A DNA stretch of 64,000 nucleotides from a virus. Shown piece after piece: positions 17,255 through 27,370 of this stretch. The stretch lies in the IMG/VR virus record IMGVR_UViG_3300027668_001405, positions 1 through 64,000 of that record. The stretch is one strand, 5' to 3'. The position numbers were made by a program, and so were the translations under genes. The stretch's first letter is position 1; each line of letters starts with the position of its first letter. Below the pieces are notes generated by a model. The model was not told the origin of the DNA and ran no database searches. It worked only from the letters and a program-made list of their open reading frames with translations.

Positions 17255-17959
17255 ATGTTAGATGTTTTTATGCTGTCTTTCGGAGAACCCGATGCAGATG
17301 ATAATTTTAAGATTTTACAACAAAAAGCTCCTCATGCTAAACGCATTGATGGGGTAGAAGGATTGCTTAACGCACATCAACGTGCCGCTGAAGAGTCACG
17401 CACACAATACTTTTATGTATGTGATGCAGATGCAATTATACAAGAAAACTTTGCATTTAAGTTTGAGCCAAGTGATAGGCGTGATGCTTATCCTGGTGTA
17501 CCCGAAACAGAATGTGTGTTTACATATCGTAGTCACAATCCTGTTAATGATTTAATATATGGATATGGTGGAATTAAACTGTTTCCAAAGCGTAACCTAT
17601 TAGAGGTAACAGAATTTAAAGTAGACATGACAACTAGTATTGGTGCAAAGTTTGTACCTAAGTTTGAGATTGCTAACACCACAGCATTTAATACAGATCC
17701 ATTTAACGCTTGGCGCAGTGGGTTTCGTGAATGTACTAAGCTAGCAAGTAATATCATTGATCATAATAAGCAAGTTGATGATGCATACCGACTAGAAGTT
17801 TGGTGTACACGTGGCGAGAACAGACGCTATGGTGAATATGCATTAGTTGGAGCACAACAAGGACGTGACTTTGGCACCCATTACAAAGGCAACACGGCAG
17901 CATTAAGTAGAATTAATGACTGGAAATGGCTAAGGGAGAAGTTTAATGAAGCTATCTGA
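17255..17959 (+). CDS. GT-A-like glycosyltransferase
   Basis: VCDADA (DxD), YGYGGIKLFP, FNTDPFNAWRSGFREC. Confidence 0.65.
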   Translation: MLDVFMLSFGEPDADDNFKILQQKAPHAKRIDGVEGLLNAHQRAAEESRTQYFYVCDADAIIQENFAFKFEPSDRRDAYPGVPETECVFTYRSHNPVNDLIYGYGGIKLFPKRNLLEVTEFKVDMTTSIGAKFVPKFEIANTTAFNTDPFNAWRSGFRECTKLASNIIDHNKQVDDAYRLEVWCTRGENRRYGEYALVGAQQGRDFGTHYKGNTAALSRINDWKWLREKFNEAI

Positions 17960-18971
17960 GTTCCAAGAACAATATCATTGGATGAACGGACTAAGTGAAT
18001 ACTTTCAATTTACAGGACAAGATGACAAGTGGGATAATATACACAAAGCATTGTATCATGACAATTGGTTTCGTAAGCGTGATGTAATGATTGAACTATG
18101 TCAGATGTCAAACAGTAGTCCTACCCATGTAAAAGCATGGATGAATATCTTACTACATGAGAAGCTAGAAGATGTTGAGATAAAGCCACAGCTAATTGCT
18201 ACACTGTTTAGAAAGTATATGGAAGAAGATCCATTCCTTGTAAACATTTGTCAGTTTATTAACTTTTGGGCAACAGGCGATAAGGCTGCAGAAATGCCTA
18301 ACATGAATGACTTTCTAAGCAGAGGACAAGTTAGATCAAAGGTATGGATGATAAGTGAATTAGCTCAGCTAATTGATGGGCCGTTAGGTAACGTAGTATT
18401 TTACGGTGGCTGGTATAACTTCTTAGGACACATGTTGTTTAGTCAATTTGATGTTAAGAGAATATATAGCTTAGACATTGATGAGAAAGTAATAGTACCT
18501 AGCAAACGATTGTACCCTAAAGAAGTTAAGCAAGGCAGGTTCCTACCAATGAAAGTTGATTGCGATAAAATTAGATGGGGCACAGACAATACACAAACAT
18601 TATTGCAGTTAGACCAAGCTAAGAAGATTAATATGATTGATGATCATATGGCTTCAGGCAAGTACTATGCAAGTGAGAAAGACTTATGGGACGAAGCAGA
18701 TGCTAACAGTTGGGGTTACAAACGCATTGATGAAATGAATATTGTTATCAATACTAGCTGTGAACATATGACTAATGCATGGTATGAGAATTTACCAGCA
18801 GGAACATTTGTCGCAATACAAACAAACGATTACTTCTCAAATCCACAACACAGCAATTGTTGTAAGGACTTGGAAGCCGCTAAAGCAAAATATCCAATGC
18901 AGAGTATTATGTATGAAGGCGAACTCGATACACACTTATATAATAGATTTATGTTGATTGGAATAAAGTAA
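17946..18971 (+). CDS. class I SAM-dependent methyltransferase-like protein
   Basis: SRGQVRSKVW, VVFYGGWY, SLDIDE, INTSCEHM. Confidence 0.65.
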   Translation: MKLSEFQEQYHWMNGLSEYFQFTGQDDKWDNIHKALYHDNWFRKRDVMIELCQMSNSSPTHVKAWMNILLHEKLEDVEIKPQLIATLFRKYMEEDPFLVNICQFINFWATGDKAAEMPNMNDFLSRGQVRSKVWMISELAQLIDGPLGNVVFYGGWYNFLGHMLFSQFDVKRIYSLDIDEKVIVPSKRLYPKEVKQGRFLPMKVDCDKIRWGTDNTQTLLQLDQAKKINMIDDHMASGKYYASEKDLWDEADANSWGYKRIDEMNIVINTSCEHMTNAWYENLPAGTFVAIQTNDYFSNPQHSNCCKDLEAAKAKYPMQSIMYEGELDTHLYNRFMLIGIK

Positions 18972-19219
18972 TGTCGTTAAACAAATTTGGTGATGTAGTA
19001 TATATAGACTTCTTCTTAGAAGAATACAGTGAACACAATGATACAGATGCGTGTTGTAAGATATCATCTGAAATAGGAGCAACAGGATTAATGTATGGAG
19101 TAGACTTTTGGTTTCATGAGAGTTATACAGTAGACTCAGAGCATATAATCAAGTTTGGCTTTAAGGACAAACACGAAGCAATGCTACTTAAACTAGCAGG
19201 AGTAACTAAACTACATTAG
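18971..19219 (+). CDS. small phage hypothetical (C-terminal motif family)
   Basis: Ends FGFKDKHEAMLLKLAG. Confidence 0.7.
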   Translation: MSLNKFGDVVYIDFFLEEYSEHNDTDACCKISSEIGATGLMYGVDFWFHESYTVDSEHIIKFGFKDKHEAMLLKLAGVTKLH

Positions 19220-19220
19220 C

Positions 19221-19463
19221 ATGACCAAAGCAACCATAGCATATTTTACAGACGAGTATAGCCCAAAAGCTAATACGTTTGCTACCTTTGATGCAATAGC
19301 ACACATATCTGGTAAACTAACTGAAGAAGGCTTAGTGTATTTAGATGACTACGAACTGTCGTCAGTAGATTATAGATATGATGGACGGCAAGTAATTACT
19401 ATGAAGTTCCGCTCAGAGGAGTTAGCAATGTTAGTTAAGTTAAGAGGAATAGACAATGGATGA
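19221..19463 (+). CDS. small phage hypothetical (C-terminal motif family)
   Basis: Ends FRSEELAMLVKLRG; tandem paralogue of 18971. Confidence 0.7.
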   Translation: MTKATIAYFTDEYSPKANTFATFDAIAHISGKLTEEGLVYLDDYELSSVDYRYDGRQVITMKFRSEELAMLVKLRGIDNG

Positions 19464-19719
19464 AGAAGTAGAAATGACAATGGATGCATTTGATTTGTAT
19501 CTAGATACGTTAACAATAAGAGAATTACAAACGGAATGTGCTAGAGCGATCAGTACAATGCCAGCAGACAACAACAGCATACATAAGTTTAATAAGAAAG
19601 CCCACCACAATAGTCATTTATGGTACAAGGCTGTGATTACGCACTATGTTATGGAGCAAGGTGGAATGCCAAGTGAGGTAGGACCCGGTGTTGATGTTAA
19701 ATTAATCATAGATAATTAG
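19456..19719 (+). CDS. hypothetical protein
   Basis: ORF overlapping the upstream stop; GAGG SD. Confidence 0.7.
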   Translation: MDEEVEMTMDAFDLYLDTLTIRELQTECARAISTMPADNNSIHKFNKKAHHNSHLWYKAVITHYVMEQGGMPSEVGPGVDVKLIIDN

Positions 19720-19727
19720 GAGACAAC

Positions 19728-20054
19728 ATGTTACTTAAAATAGATGATATCGGTGGAGAGGTTGTGAAAGATAACGACACTTATCGACTCAAAGACAATA
19801 CACTACTAAACAATTTAGTTGTAAGTTCAACTGAATTAAAACCATACATGAGTACAAATGGACACGCACATCCTGGACAGGAAGAAGTGTATTACTTTAT
19901 TCATGGTGCAGGTACAATGTACTTAGATGATGCTGAATATTTTGTACAAGCAGGAGATGTTATGTTAATTGAAGATGGAGTACATCACAGAGTAAGTTGT
20001 GGACCACATGGCTTAAACTTTGTATGTGTCTTTGATGGAAAGCGTAATCATTAG
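19728..20054 (+). CDS. cupin-domain protein
   Basis: HAHPGQEEVYYFIHG...GDVMLIEDGVHH. Confidence 0.85.
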   Translation: MLLKIDDIGGEVVKDNDTYRLKDNTLLNNLVVSSTELKPYMSTNGHAHPGQEEVYYFIHGAGTMYLDDAEYFVQAGDVMLIEDGVHHRVSCGPHGLNFVCVFDGKRNH

Positions 20055-20407
20055 TGGTAGAGCTTTTAATAACTAACATTGTATATGTAAGTTACAGACT
20101 TTTAATTACAGCACATATTGTTAAGTTCTTTCACAAGTACATGCCGTACTCGTTTGCAGTAATCATTGCGGCACAGTTAAGCTTCTTGTATGATGGTGGA
20201 ATATTTGCATACTTCTTTGAAGCACAAGCATTACCCGAAACAATGGAAATTGTACAAGCAAACGTATTGTACACATTACGAGTAGGACTAGCATGGGCAT
20301 TTATTTACTGGCTATGGCAAAAGCTAGACAACTATTATCTTGCAGTATTCATAGGAGCAGAAGCTACCTTTGTAATAGATTATTTTATATTTGACGGAGT
20401 TTATTAA
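20054..20407 (+). CDS. small integral membrane protein
   Basis: GTG start; about four hydrophobic segments. Confidence 0.7.
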   Translation: MVELLITNIVYVSYRLLITAHIVKFFHKYMPYSFAVIIAAQLSFLYDGGIFAYFFEAQALPETMEIVQANVLYTLRVGLAWAFIYWLWQKLDNYYLAVFIGAEATFVIDYFIFDGVY

Positions 20408-21054
20408 TGTCTACAGTATATCCAATATACTTTGATAGTTTTACGTGTGGGAACTTCCTAGCACATTTTATTAACATACACTTTGGATTTAGTGAGGCAC
20501 CAACACCAGTTAGTCACCTGCCAACTCCTGCTATCAAAGTAAAAGAAATGTTAAGCAGTACAACAATACATCACCAGATAGCATTAAAAGCATTGCGTAG
20601 TCATCGTACTCACGCAGAGACAACAGAATTAGTTAACAATAGTATACAGTATAGGAATACTATTGATTGGGACTTACCAATTGAATATGATCGAGTTTCA
20701 GGCCCAGCACTATTCCATGAGCTTTGTTTTTTTGATAAGTATATAGTAAGCAACGAACACAACACACTTAAACCTATTAGCATTGTCTGGAAAGCAGAAG
20801 ACAAGTTTCTAGTTGATAGAATGTGTAAAGGACACAACGCTTTAAACAGAGACTTATATATAAAAAACAACGTGAGCAGATGGGATGGGAATACACAGTT
20901 ACCAAGATACGATTGTAGAATACAAAAGATATTAGACGGTGACGAAGAAGAATACACTAAGTTGCTACAGTATATTAAAGCACCCAGGCTTGACAATTGG
21001 AATGAAATAGTTTATAATTACATGAAGCAGATAAATGCAGAGGAAGTAAAATAA
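20407..21054 (+). CDS. hypothetical, paralogue of 36880 (degenerate sulfotransferase-like N-terminus)
   Basis: YFDSFTCGNFLAHFINIH versus WHDQGFLGTWLSWFINSH. Confidence 0.65.
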   Translation: MSTVYPIYFDSFTCGNFLAHFINIHFGFSEAPTPVSHLPTPAIKVKEMLSSTTIHHQIALKALRSHRTHAETTELVNNSIQYRNTIDWDLPIEYDRVSGPALFHELCFFDKYIVSNEHNTLKPISIVWKAEDKFLVDRMCKGHNALNRDLYIKNNVSRWDGNTQLPRYDCRIQKILDGDEEEYTKLLQYIKAPRLDNWNEIVYNYMKQINAEEVK

Positions 21055-21060
21055 TATACA

Positions 21061-22170
21061 ATGTATAAGTATACAGACATCAACGAAGTACACTTGGAAA
21101 TTACACAGCGTTGTAATGCGGCTTGCCCTATGTGTGATCGTAATGAGAATGGTGGAGCAGTTAACCAGCACATCAGAGGTGATGAGAAAGAACTTACACT
21201 AAGTGATTGTATTGATATATTCCCACACGATTTTATAGCACAGTTACACACAATGTATATGTGTGGTAACTTAGGTGATCCAATCAGTGCCAGAGATACA
21301 TTAGAAGTTATGCAATGGTTTAGAGATTGCAACCCGAACATGTGGTTAAGCATGAACACTAACGCAGGCATGCAAAGTGCAGAGTGGTGGGGAGAACTAG
21401 CTAGAGTAATTGGCCGTAATGGTTGTGTTATCTTTAGTGTAGATGGTTTGGAACATACAAATCATTTGTATAGACAAAACGTAAAGTGGAAACTAGTAGA
21501 ACGCAACATGAAAGCATTCATTGCCGCAGGTGGCAGAGCTCGTTGGGACTACTTGATATTTGAACACAGTGAATGTGATGTAGAACGTGCAGAGCAGTTA
21601 GCCAAGGAATGGGGCTGTGAACGCTTTATGAAGAAGAAGACTGGACGCTTTATTAATGCAAACAGTGAGAAGAAAGATTCACATCAAGCAAGCAATCGTA
21701 AAGGAAAGAATGTATCCGAAACAATTAAGCTAGCTAAACCTAAGAAAGCTGAGTATCAAAACACAGCACTACTAAAGCAAGCAGAGATAGAAAAGACATA
21801 CGGAAGTATGATGGACTATTACAACACAGCTACTATAAAATGTAAAGTTGCAGACCTTAACAGTAAGAGCAGAAGTATGTTTGTTACAGCAGAGGGATTA
21901 ATTATGCCTTGTTGTTGGACAGCAGGTCGCATGTATAAATGGTGGCATCCAGATCATAAAGTAGAACAAATATGGGACTTCATAGATAGAGCAGGAGGCA
22001 AAGATGGAATCAGTGCTAAGATTAACGGCGTTGAAGGAGTGTTTGCAAGTGGTATTATGGACGACATACAAAACAGTTGGAAACTAGCAAGCATTAAAGA
22101 CGGCAAGCTAGGCGTTTGTGCTATGAAATGCGGCACAGAGTTTGATCCTTTTGCATCTCAATTCAAATAA
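21061..22170 (+). CDS. radical SAM-SPASM enzyme (subfamily A, fused)
   Basis: LEITQRCNAACPMCDR, GNLGDP, FSVDGLEHTNHLYR, FVTAEGLIMPCC, CAMKC. Confidence 0.92.
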   Translation: MYKYTDINEVHLEITQRCNAACPMCDRNENGGAVNQHIRGDEKELTLSDCIDIFPHDFIAQLHTMYMCGNLGDPISARDTLEVMQWFRDCNPNMWLSMNTNAGMQSAEWWGELARVIGRNGCVIFSVDGLEHTNHLYRQNVKWKLVERNMKAFIAAGGRARWDYLIFEHSECDVERAEQLAKEWGCERFMKKKTGRFINANSEKKDSHQASNRKGKNVSETIKLAKPKKAEYQNTALLKQAEIEKTYGSMMDYYNTATIKCKVADLNSKSRSMFVTAEGLIMPCCWTAGRMYKWWHPDHKVEQIWDFIDRAGGKDGISAKINGVEGVFASGIMDDIQNSWKLASIKDGKLGVCAMKCGTEFDPFASQFK

Positions 22171-22185
22171 AAGCTCTTAATTAGG

Positions 22186-22214
22186 TTGACAACCCTTCAT
22201 CTATAGTGTATTAT
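22186..22214 (+). promoter_or_regulatory. sigma70 promoter
   Basis: GGTTGACA-17-TATTAT. Confidence 0.75.
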
Positions 22215-22247
22215 GTACATAACACTACAATAATTTAACTGAATCAT

Positions 22248-22910
22248 ATGGAGAACGACATGGCTACTACAGATAACGCTATCGTTTACGACATTAAGTT
22301 AGTAGAACACTTGGCACCACACTTAGGGCCATTATCAAACAGCGAGCTCAAAACACTTAAAAAACTTACAGACCTTGGAATCATACAGCGTGATAGAGTA
22401 GCAGAAATAGCTATGTCTAATGTAGCTGGTATTGATATTACAAGCATTAATGGTATGGACTTTAGTGATGGCACAGACGCTAAAACTGTAGTAAGCAATG
22501 CTCGTAACAACAATCCCAAAAGGAAACAATGGACTAATAGCTTTGACATTAAGAATGTTAAAACTAAGACAGGCGACCTACGTGTCGTTGCATACAACAA
22601 ATTACAAGAAAAGTATCACTACTTTTATATTCCATATGATGCTTACAAACATCTACGTAATTCTTTACAAATAGTTATTGAAAGTTACACTAGCATACTT
22701 GATCCTAACTTTACTGGCAAGTCACAGTTTCCTCAGACAACTAAGTATTGGGAATATGAATGTGCTAGCTTTGAAGAGATGTGCCAAATGAGTCCAGCCA
22801 AAGACTTACACGCATCAGCAATAAAAGCATCAGCAAGACGCACAGAGTATAACACATCAGATTGGTTTCCACTAACAGACAGCAACTTAGCTAAGAGTGC
22901 ATCTATATGA
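22248..22910 (+). CDS. hypothetical; possible PD-(D/E)xK nuclease
   Basis: E...GMDFSDGTDAKT; the true start may be ATG 22260. Confidence 0.4.
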   Translation: MENDMATTDNAIVYDIKLVEHLAPHLGPLSNSELKTLKKLTDLGIIQRDRVAEIAMSNVAGIDITSINGMDFSDGTDAKTVVSNARNNNPKRKQWTNSFDIKNVKTKTGDLRVVAYNKLQEKYHYFYIPYDAYKHLRNSLQIVIESYTSILDPNFTGKSQFPQTTKYWEYECASFEEMCQMSPAKDLHASAIKASARRTEYNTSDWFPLTDSNLAKSASI

Positions 22911-23428
22911 TTATAACAGCCTTAGTTAATCTTAAACTAGAAGATAAGCAGTTAGCACAGGACTACGAAACACATTCGTCACACTATAATAATTTGCAAA
23001 CTGCCTTCTATAAAGATAAACTTTATCAACAGTGCGAAAGGTTTAATCAACAAAGTAATTGGGTAGACAATCCTATTATGTGGAAGTCGTTGTACACTAA
23101 CAAGTACGTACTTACTGATACACAAACATACGCATCAGTGGGAAGGAATGTAGCAGACACGCATTGGGTTGAAGATGTATACTATAACATAACAAAGGTG
23201 TTATGGGATAACGATCATGTACAGCAACAAGGCAGAGATATATTCTTTGGTGCAGGCATAGAACAAACAAAGAACATACGCCAATGGTTAATTGATAATC
23301 ATTACAGTAAGACTAAACCTTTTCAAATGTATTACACAGTAGGAGCAATTGAAACACAAGATAAAACAATGTTTACAGAGCTTGCTAAAATGAATGACAA
23401 GTTTAACTGGCAGGAGGCGAACTGGTAA
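22907..23428 (+). CDS. hypothetical protein
   Basis: ORF with ATGA coupling. Confidence 0.7.
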   Translation: MIITALVNLKLEDKQLAQDYETHSSHYNNLQTAFYKDKLYQQCERFNQQSNWVDNPIMWKSLYTNKYVLTDTQTYASVGRNVADTHWVEDVYYNITKVLWDNDHVQQQGRDIFFGAGIEQTKNIRQWLIDNHYSKTKPFQMYYTVGAIETQDKTMFTELAKMNDKFNWQEANW

Positions 23429-23688
23429 TGGCTAAACCATCAAAGAGATATTTAACATCTGACATGTTTAAACCTAAAGGCACAGTGTTTGAAGGACTTA
23501 TATGGAAGCAACCCAATTCAAAAGGAACTGACACATATGATGTTGAGTGTACTGAAAAAGGGTTTACATGTGAGTGTGCTGGCTTTACATTTAGAGGCAA
23601 GTGCAAACATAGTCAAGATGTATTAACAAGAATAGAGCAGGCATTAGATGATCGTTCACCTAAATACTGTTGGGAGTTTGGAAGATGA
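23428..23688 (+). CDS. SWIM zinc-finger protein
   Basis: FTCECAGFTFRGKCKH (CxC...CxH). Confidence 0.8.
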   Translation: MAKPSKRYLTSDMFKPKGTVFEGLIWKQPNSKGTDTYDVECTEKGFTCECAGFTFRGKCKHSQDVLTRIEQALDDRSPKYCWEFGR

Positions 23689-24224
23689 CAACACATGCAA
23701 TGATAGATTTGGAAACATTAGCTACAGGACCTGATTGTGTAGTATTAACAATTGGTGCTGTTAAGTTTGATCCTAATGTAGTAAGTGAAACTACACAACC
23801 TTTTTACCATAGGTTTGAAGTTGATGAGCAACTTGAAAGAGGTAGAGTAACATCTGAAAGCACCCTTGAATGGTGGGGCAAACAAGCAAAAGATGTACGT
23901 GATGAAGCACTTGGTGATGGAAATCGCACAAGAGTGTTTGAAGTACTAAAACTGTTAAACACATGGTGCGTTGGCGTTGATACTATTTGGTGTCAAGGAC
24001 CTGCGTTCGACATATGTATTCTAGAGAATCTATATAGATCATATGATCACCATGTACCTTGGCCGTTTTGGAAGATACGTGATTCAAGAACATTGTTTGG
24101 TATTATGCCAAGCGATCCACGTAAGGAAATTAAGTTCGCAGCCCATAATGCACTCGAAGATTGTAAAGTTCAGGCTTTGTGTGTACAGCAAACAATTATT
24201 AAATTGGGCTTAACACTAAAATGA
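23685..24224 (+). CDS. DEDDh 3'-5' exonuclease
   Basis: Start 23685; MIDLETL, QGPAFD, HNALED. Confidence 0.88.
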   Translation: MTTHAMIDLETLATGPDCVVLTIGAVKFDPNVVSETTQPFYHRFEVDEQLERGRVTSESTLEWWGKQAKDVRDEALGDGNRTRVFEVLKLLNTWCVGVDTIWCQGPAFDICILENLYRSYDHHVPWPFWKIRDSRTLFGIMPSDPRKEIKFAAHNALEDCKVQALCVQQTIIKLGLTLK

Positions 24225-24274
24225 AACAAGTATCAGAGAATGTCACTTTTAAAGCCATAAATGGACCTTTATGC

Positions 24275-24303
24275 TTGACAAACTCTAAATACTAGTATAT
24301 AAT
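24275..24303 (+). promoter_or_regulatory. sigma70 promoter
   Basis: TTGACA-17-TATAAT. Confidence 0.8.
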
Positions 24304-24340
24304 TAATATTAATACAACATCTAAATAGGAGATAACATAA

Positions 24341-25090
24341 ATGAGTACTCGAGATATCGTGCAAGACGTAGTTAAGCACACAGCAGGTTTAGGCTTTATT
24401 ACTTCAGTAAAAGTAACAGGCACAGACGAATCAACAACATTAGACGCAATGGATGCAGATCGCACAGTGATCTTGCAAGCTAAATTGCATAACAATGTTA
24501 CAGAGTTTACAGGTGAATTTGGACTTGGGAACCTTGGGTTCTTAGCAGGTGTAAGTGCATTACAAAACTATCAAGCAGAAGATGCTACAGTAGACGTAGT
24601 GTCACGTGAACGCAATGGCGTATCAGTTCCAGATCATTTGATGTTTAAAGACAAAGACGGCAATACTGATCAGTATCGTTTTATGTCTAAAGAGATTATT
24701 GAACAAACACTACAAACTGTAAAGTTTAAAGGTGTAGAGTGGGATGTAACGTTTGAACCTACTAAAGCTAAGGTTGCAGAACTTCAAGCAGTAGCAGGTA
24801 TTTACGGTGGCATTGAACCTAACTTTACTGTTAAGACAGTAGATGGTAATTTGATTATTACAGTTGGTGCCGCAGACGGTAGCTTTACAGGTAAGCGAAC
24901 ATTTGCTATGAACGTGAATGGTGAGATTACAGAAGGCTATGCATGGCCACTTAACCAAGTACTAGCAATTCTTAAATTAGGAATGAGCGGTGCATGTGTA
25001 ATGCAAATTAGTAAAAAAGGTGCATTGATGATTTCAGTAGATTCTGGAATTGGAAAGTATGATTACATTCTACCAGCATTAACAGTTTAA
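24341..25090 (+). CDS. gp45: gp45-like DNA polymerase sliding clamp
   Basis: 249-aa beta-rich protein ending GKYDYILPA; resembles phage gp45-type clamps. Confidence 0.6.
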   Translation: MSTRDIVQDVVKHTAGLGFITSVKVTGTDESTTLDAMDADRTVILQAKLHNNVTEFTGEFGLGNLGFLAGVSALQNYQAEDATVDVVSRERNGVSVPDHLMFKDKDGNTDQYRFMSKEIIEQTLQTVKFKGVEWDVTFEPTKAKVAELQAVAGIYGGIEPNFTVKTVDGNLIITVGAADGSFTGKRTFAMNVNGEITEGYAWPLNQVLAILKLGMSGACVMQISKKGALMISVDSGIGKYDYILPALTV

Positions 25091-25105
25091 CCAGAAGAGA
25101 TTAGT

Positions 25106-26602
25106 ATGCCTAACAGAAAAGACTTAACAACTAGCAATAAAGACTACAGTGTGTTCCTTCCGAGTATCAGTAGTTTTTATTCAAAGTTCATTGCACAAGC
25201 ACAGAAGCGTCCAGACTTTGTAACACCAGAGCGTATGCCAGATGGGTTTGAGTATGGGATAGATGGCTTTGACTTTTTAAAGCCTAAGGAAGAAACCTAC
25301 TATAATTATAAATGGGGTCTTTACTCTGCCGGGCATGCTACTCGTGACACAGCTAAGAGTGATGTACAGGAACCAATGATCCAGAAACGTGACAGGGAAA
25401 AGACTTTTATCCTTGGTGACAGTGGTGGGTTCCAAATTGCTACTGGTGTAATCAAATGTGATTGGCCTAACTTTAAAACAGATGATGCTTTGCGTTCGCA
25501 AATCTTAAACTGGTTAGAGCATACAGCAGATTACAGTATGGTGTTGGATATTCCAACACTAGCGGCTGCACCACCTCTTAATGCTAAAACAGGATTAACT
25601 GATTGGGTTGACTGTTTAGAATATACAATGCATAACAATGATTACTTTCTAAAACATAGACAAGGTAAAACTAAGTTCCTTAACGTATTACAAGGCAACA
25701 ACGAGTCGCAAGCTGATCAATGGTATGATGCAGTTAAGCATTATCCATTTGAAGGTTGGGCAATGGCTGGTTATAACATGAAGCAATTACATCTTGCACT
25801 ACGTAGACTTATTGTTATGCGTGATGAGAAGATGCTTGATCCTGGACGTGACTTAGTACACTACTTAGGTACAAGTAAATTGAATTGGTCTTGTATTTTT
25901 ACAGCTATCCAACGTAACCTACGTGAAACTGTTAACCCTAACATGATGGTAACATATGATGCCGCTAGTCCGTTTATTACAACAGCTAAAGGTCAAGCAT
26001 ATACACAGCATGTACACAGGAATAACAAGTTCAGTTATGTAATGGAACAAGCGGTAGACGACAAACGTTTTCAACACAGTCAGATTCCTTTCCCATACAA
26101 TAGTCCAATTGGAGAACGTATGGTAATGGGTGACTTGTGTCATATGGGTCCAGGTATGCTTAACAAACTTGGCAAGGAAGGTAAGACAAGTTGGGATAGT
26201 TTCTCATACTTCTTACTAATGGCACACAACGTTTATCAACATATTGAAGCATGTCAACGTGCTAACACACTAGCTGACATTGCAACTACTAGATATCAGC
26301 CTAGCCACTTAGAGTGGAATAAAGTTAAGCCTGGGCAAAGTGAATTTGACTTGTGGGTACCACGTGATGTAATTTACGTTACAGAGTTTATCAACAAGTT
26401 ATTTAAGAGCGAAACGCCTATGCAGTTACTAGATGAAGGCGAAGCTATGTTAACACACTTTAGCGGAATGAAATCTATTAAGAGTACACAGAGTGCATTT
26501 GATAGTTTATTTGCAGGCGGAGTTGAATCTCAAGGTACAGCAGATACAGAGTTTACCTTGGAACAAGCAGAAGCCGCAGAAGATTTCCTAGAGGGTTTAT
26601 AA
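25106..26602 (+). CDS. dpdA: tRNA-guanine-transglycosylase-fold DNA 7-deazaguanine insertase (DpdA-like)
   Basis: LGDSGGFQ, MVLDIP, NVLQG, VHYLG, YDAASP, AHN; no TGT CxCxxC zinc site. Confidence 0.7.
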   Translation: MPNRKDLTTSNKDYSVFLPSISSFYSKFIAQAQKRPDFVTPERMPDGFEYGIDGFDFLKPKEETYYNYKWGLYSAGHATRDTAKSDVQEPMIQKRDREKTFILGDSGGFQIATGVIKCDWPNFKTDDALRSQILNWLEHTADYSMVLDIPTLAAAPPLNAKTGLTDWVDCLEYTMHNNDYFLKHRQGKTKFLNVLQGNNESQADQWYDAVKHYPFEGWAMAGYNMKQLHLALRRLIVMRDEKMLDPGRDLVHYLGTSKLNWSCIFTAIQRNLRETVNPNMMVTYDAASPFITTAKGQAYTQHVHRNNKFSYVMEQAVDDKRFQHSQIPFPYNSPIGERMVMGDLCHMGPGMLNKLGKEGKTSWDSFSYFLLMAHNVYQHIEACQRANTLADIATTRYQPSHLEWNKVKPGQSEFDLWVPRDVIYVTEFINKLFKSETPMQLLDEGEAMLTHFSGMKSIKSTQSAFDSLFAGGVESQGTADTEFTLEQAEAAEDFLEGL

Positions 26603-26623
26603 TAACAATCAGGGAGTAGATAA

Positions 26624-26818
26624 ATGGGAACTGGAACAATTAATAGTAAGAAACGCTATATGGCATCTCTAACAGAGAAGCATAGAACACTTGACAAAGA
26701 GATAATTACGTTGTATAATAACAATACAAGCGACGACATTGTTAAGGCAAAGAAAACTGAGAAGTTGCAGTTAAAACAGCAAATCGTAAAACTTGAAGAA
26801 CAAATTAATAATCTATAA
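26624..26818 (+). CDS. small coiled-coil (DUF465/YdcH-like)
   Basis: LTEKHRTLDKEI...KTEKLQLKQQI. Confidence 0.6.
   Translation: MGTGTINSKKRYMASLTEKHRTLDKEIITLYNNNTSDDIVKAKKTEKLQLKQQIVKLEEQINNL
26691..26719 (+). promoter_or_regulatory. intragenic sigma70 promoter
   Basis: Perfect TTGACA-17-TATAAT inside the 26624 ORF. Confidence 0.6.
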
Positions 26819-26828
26819 AGGTAGTTAA

Positions 26829-27359
26829 ATGAAACGAGATTACACATCAAGCACAAATGTTACAGGCGTAACATATTTTGTAGGCACTGAAATTGAACAC
26901 ACTCCAACATTTGGTATGAAAACACTATTTGTTGTTGGTATGCAACGTTTAGAAGAAGTACAAGAGCTAGCTAAAACTAACAAGGTTGAAGCTATATACT
27001 TAGGTGCTAATCAAAGTTTCGATATTACTGGAGAACATGGTACTGATGAAGAACAAGAAGGTTGGGATTCATTAGTTAAAGGTCTTGTAAAGGATTACTT
27101 TGTAACTCTCGATTTTGATTTAACTTGCATAGAATGGATCCAGGAGTCTGGGTACAGCGAGTATAATAATTTTATCCCAATGGTCAGTGTTAAGGTTCCA
27201 TACGCTGAACTACTAGGATATAATACTTGTATTAAGATTGATGATATTGATTTTAATGCAACAAACAAAGGTGTGTGGACACATAGTCTACATTCTTTAA
27301 TGAACCGTAACAAGTTCACAAGTTGGAACCAATATAAACAAGACGAAATAATTGAATAG
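26829..27359 (+). CDS. hypothetical protein within the deazaguanine cluster
   Basis: 176 aa; GTEIEHTP, IYLGANQSF, KIDDIDF. Confidence 0.75.
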   Translation: MKRDYTSSTNVTGVTYFVGTEIEHTPTFGMKTLFVVGMQRLEEVQELAKTNKVEAIYLGANQSFDITGEHGTDEEQEGWDSLVKGLVKDYFVTLDFDLTCIEWIQESGYSEYNNFIPMVSVKVPYAELLGYNTCIKIDDIDFNATNKGVWTHSLHSLMNRNKFTSWNQYKQDEIIE

Positions 27360-27370
27360 GAGAATATACA

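Noticed and set aside
24221-24295. 24-codon ORF after the exonuclease
   Set aside because: Very short and overlaps the 24275 promoter; no support for translation.
25106-26602. Canonical tRNA Tgt (queuosine pathway)
   Set aside because: It lacks the zinc-binding CxCxxC motif, is longer than bacterial Tgt and follows the sliding clamp; a DNA-directed role is more likely but unproven.
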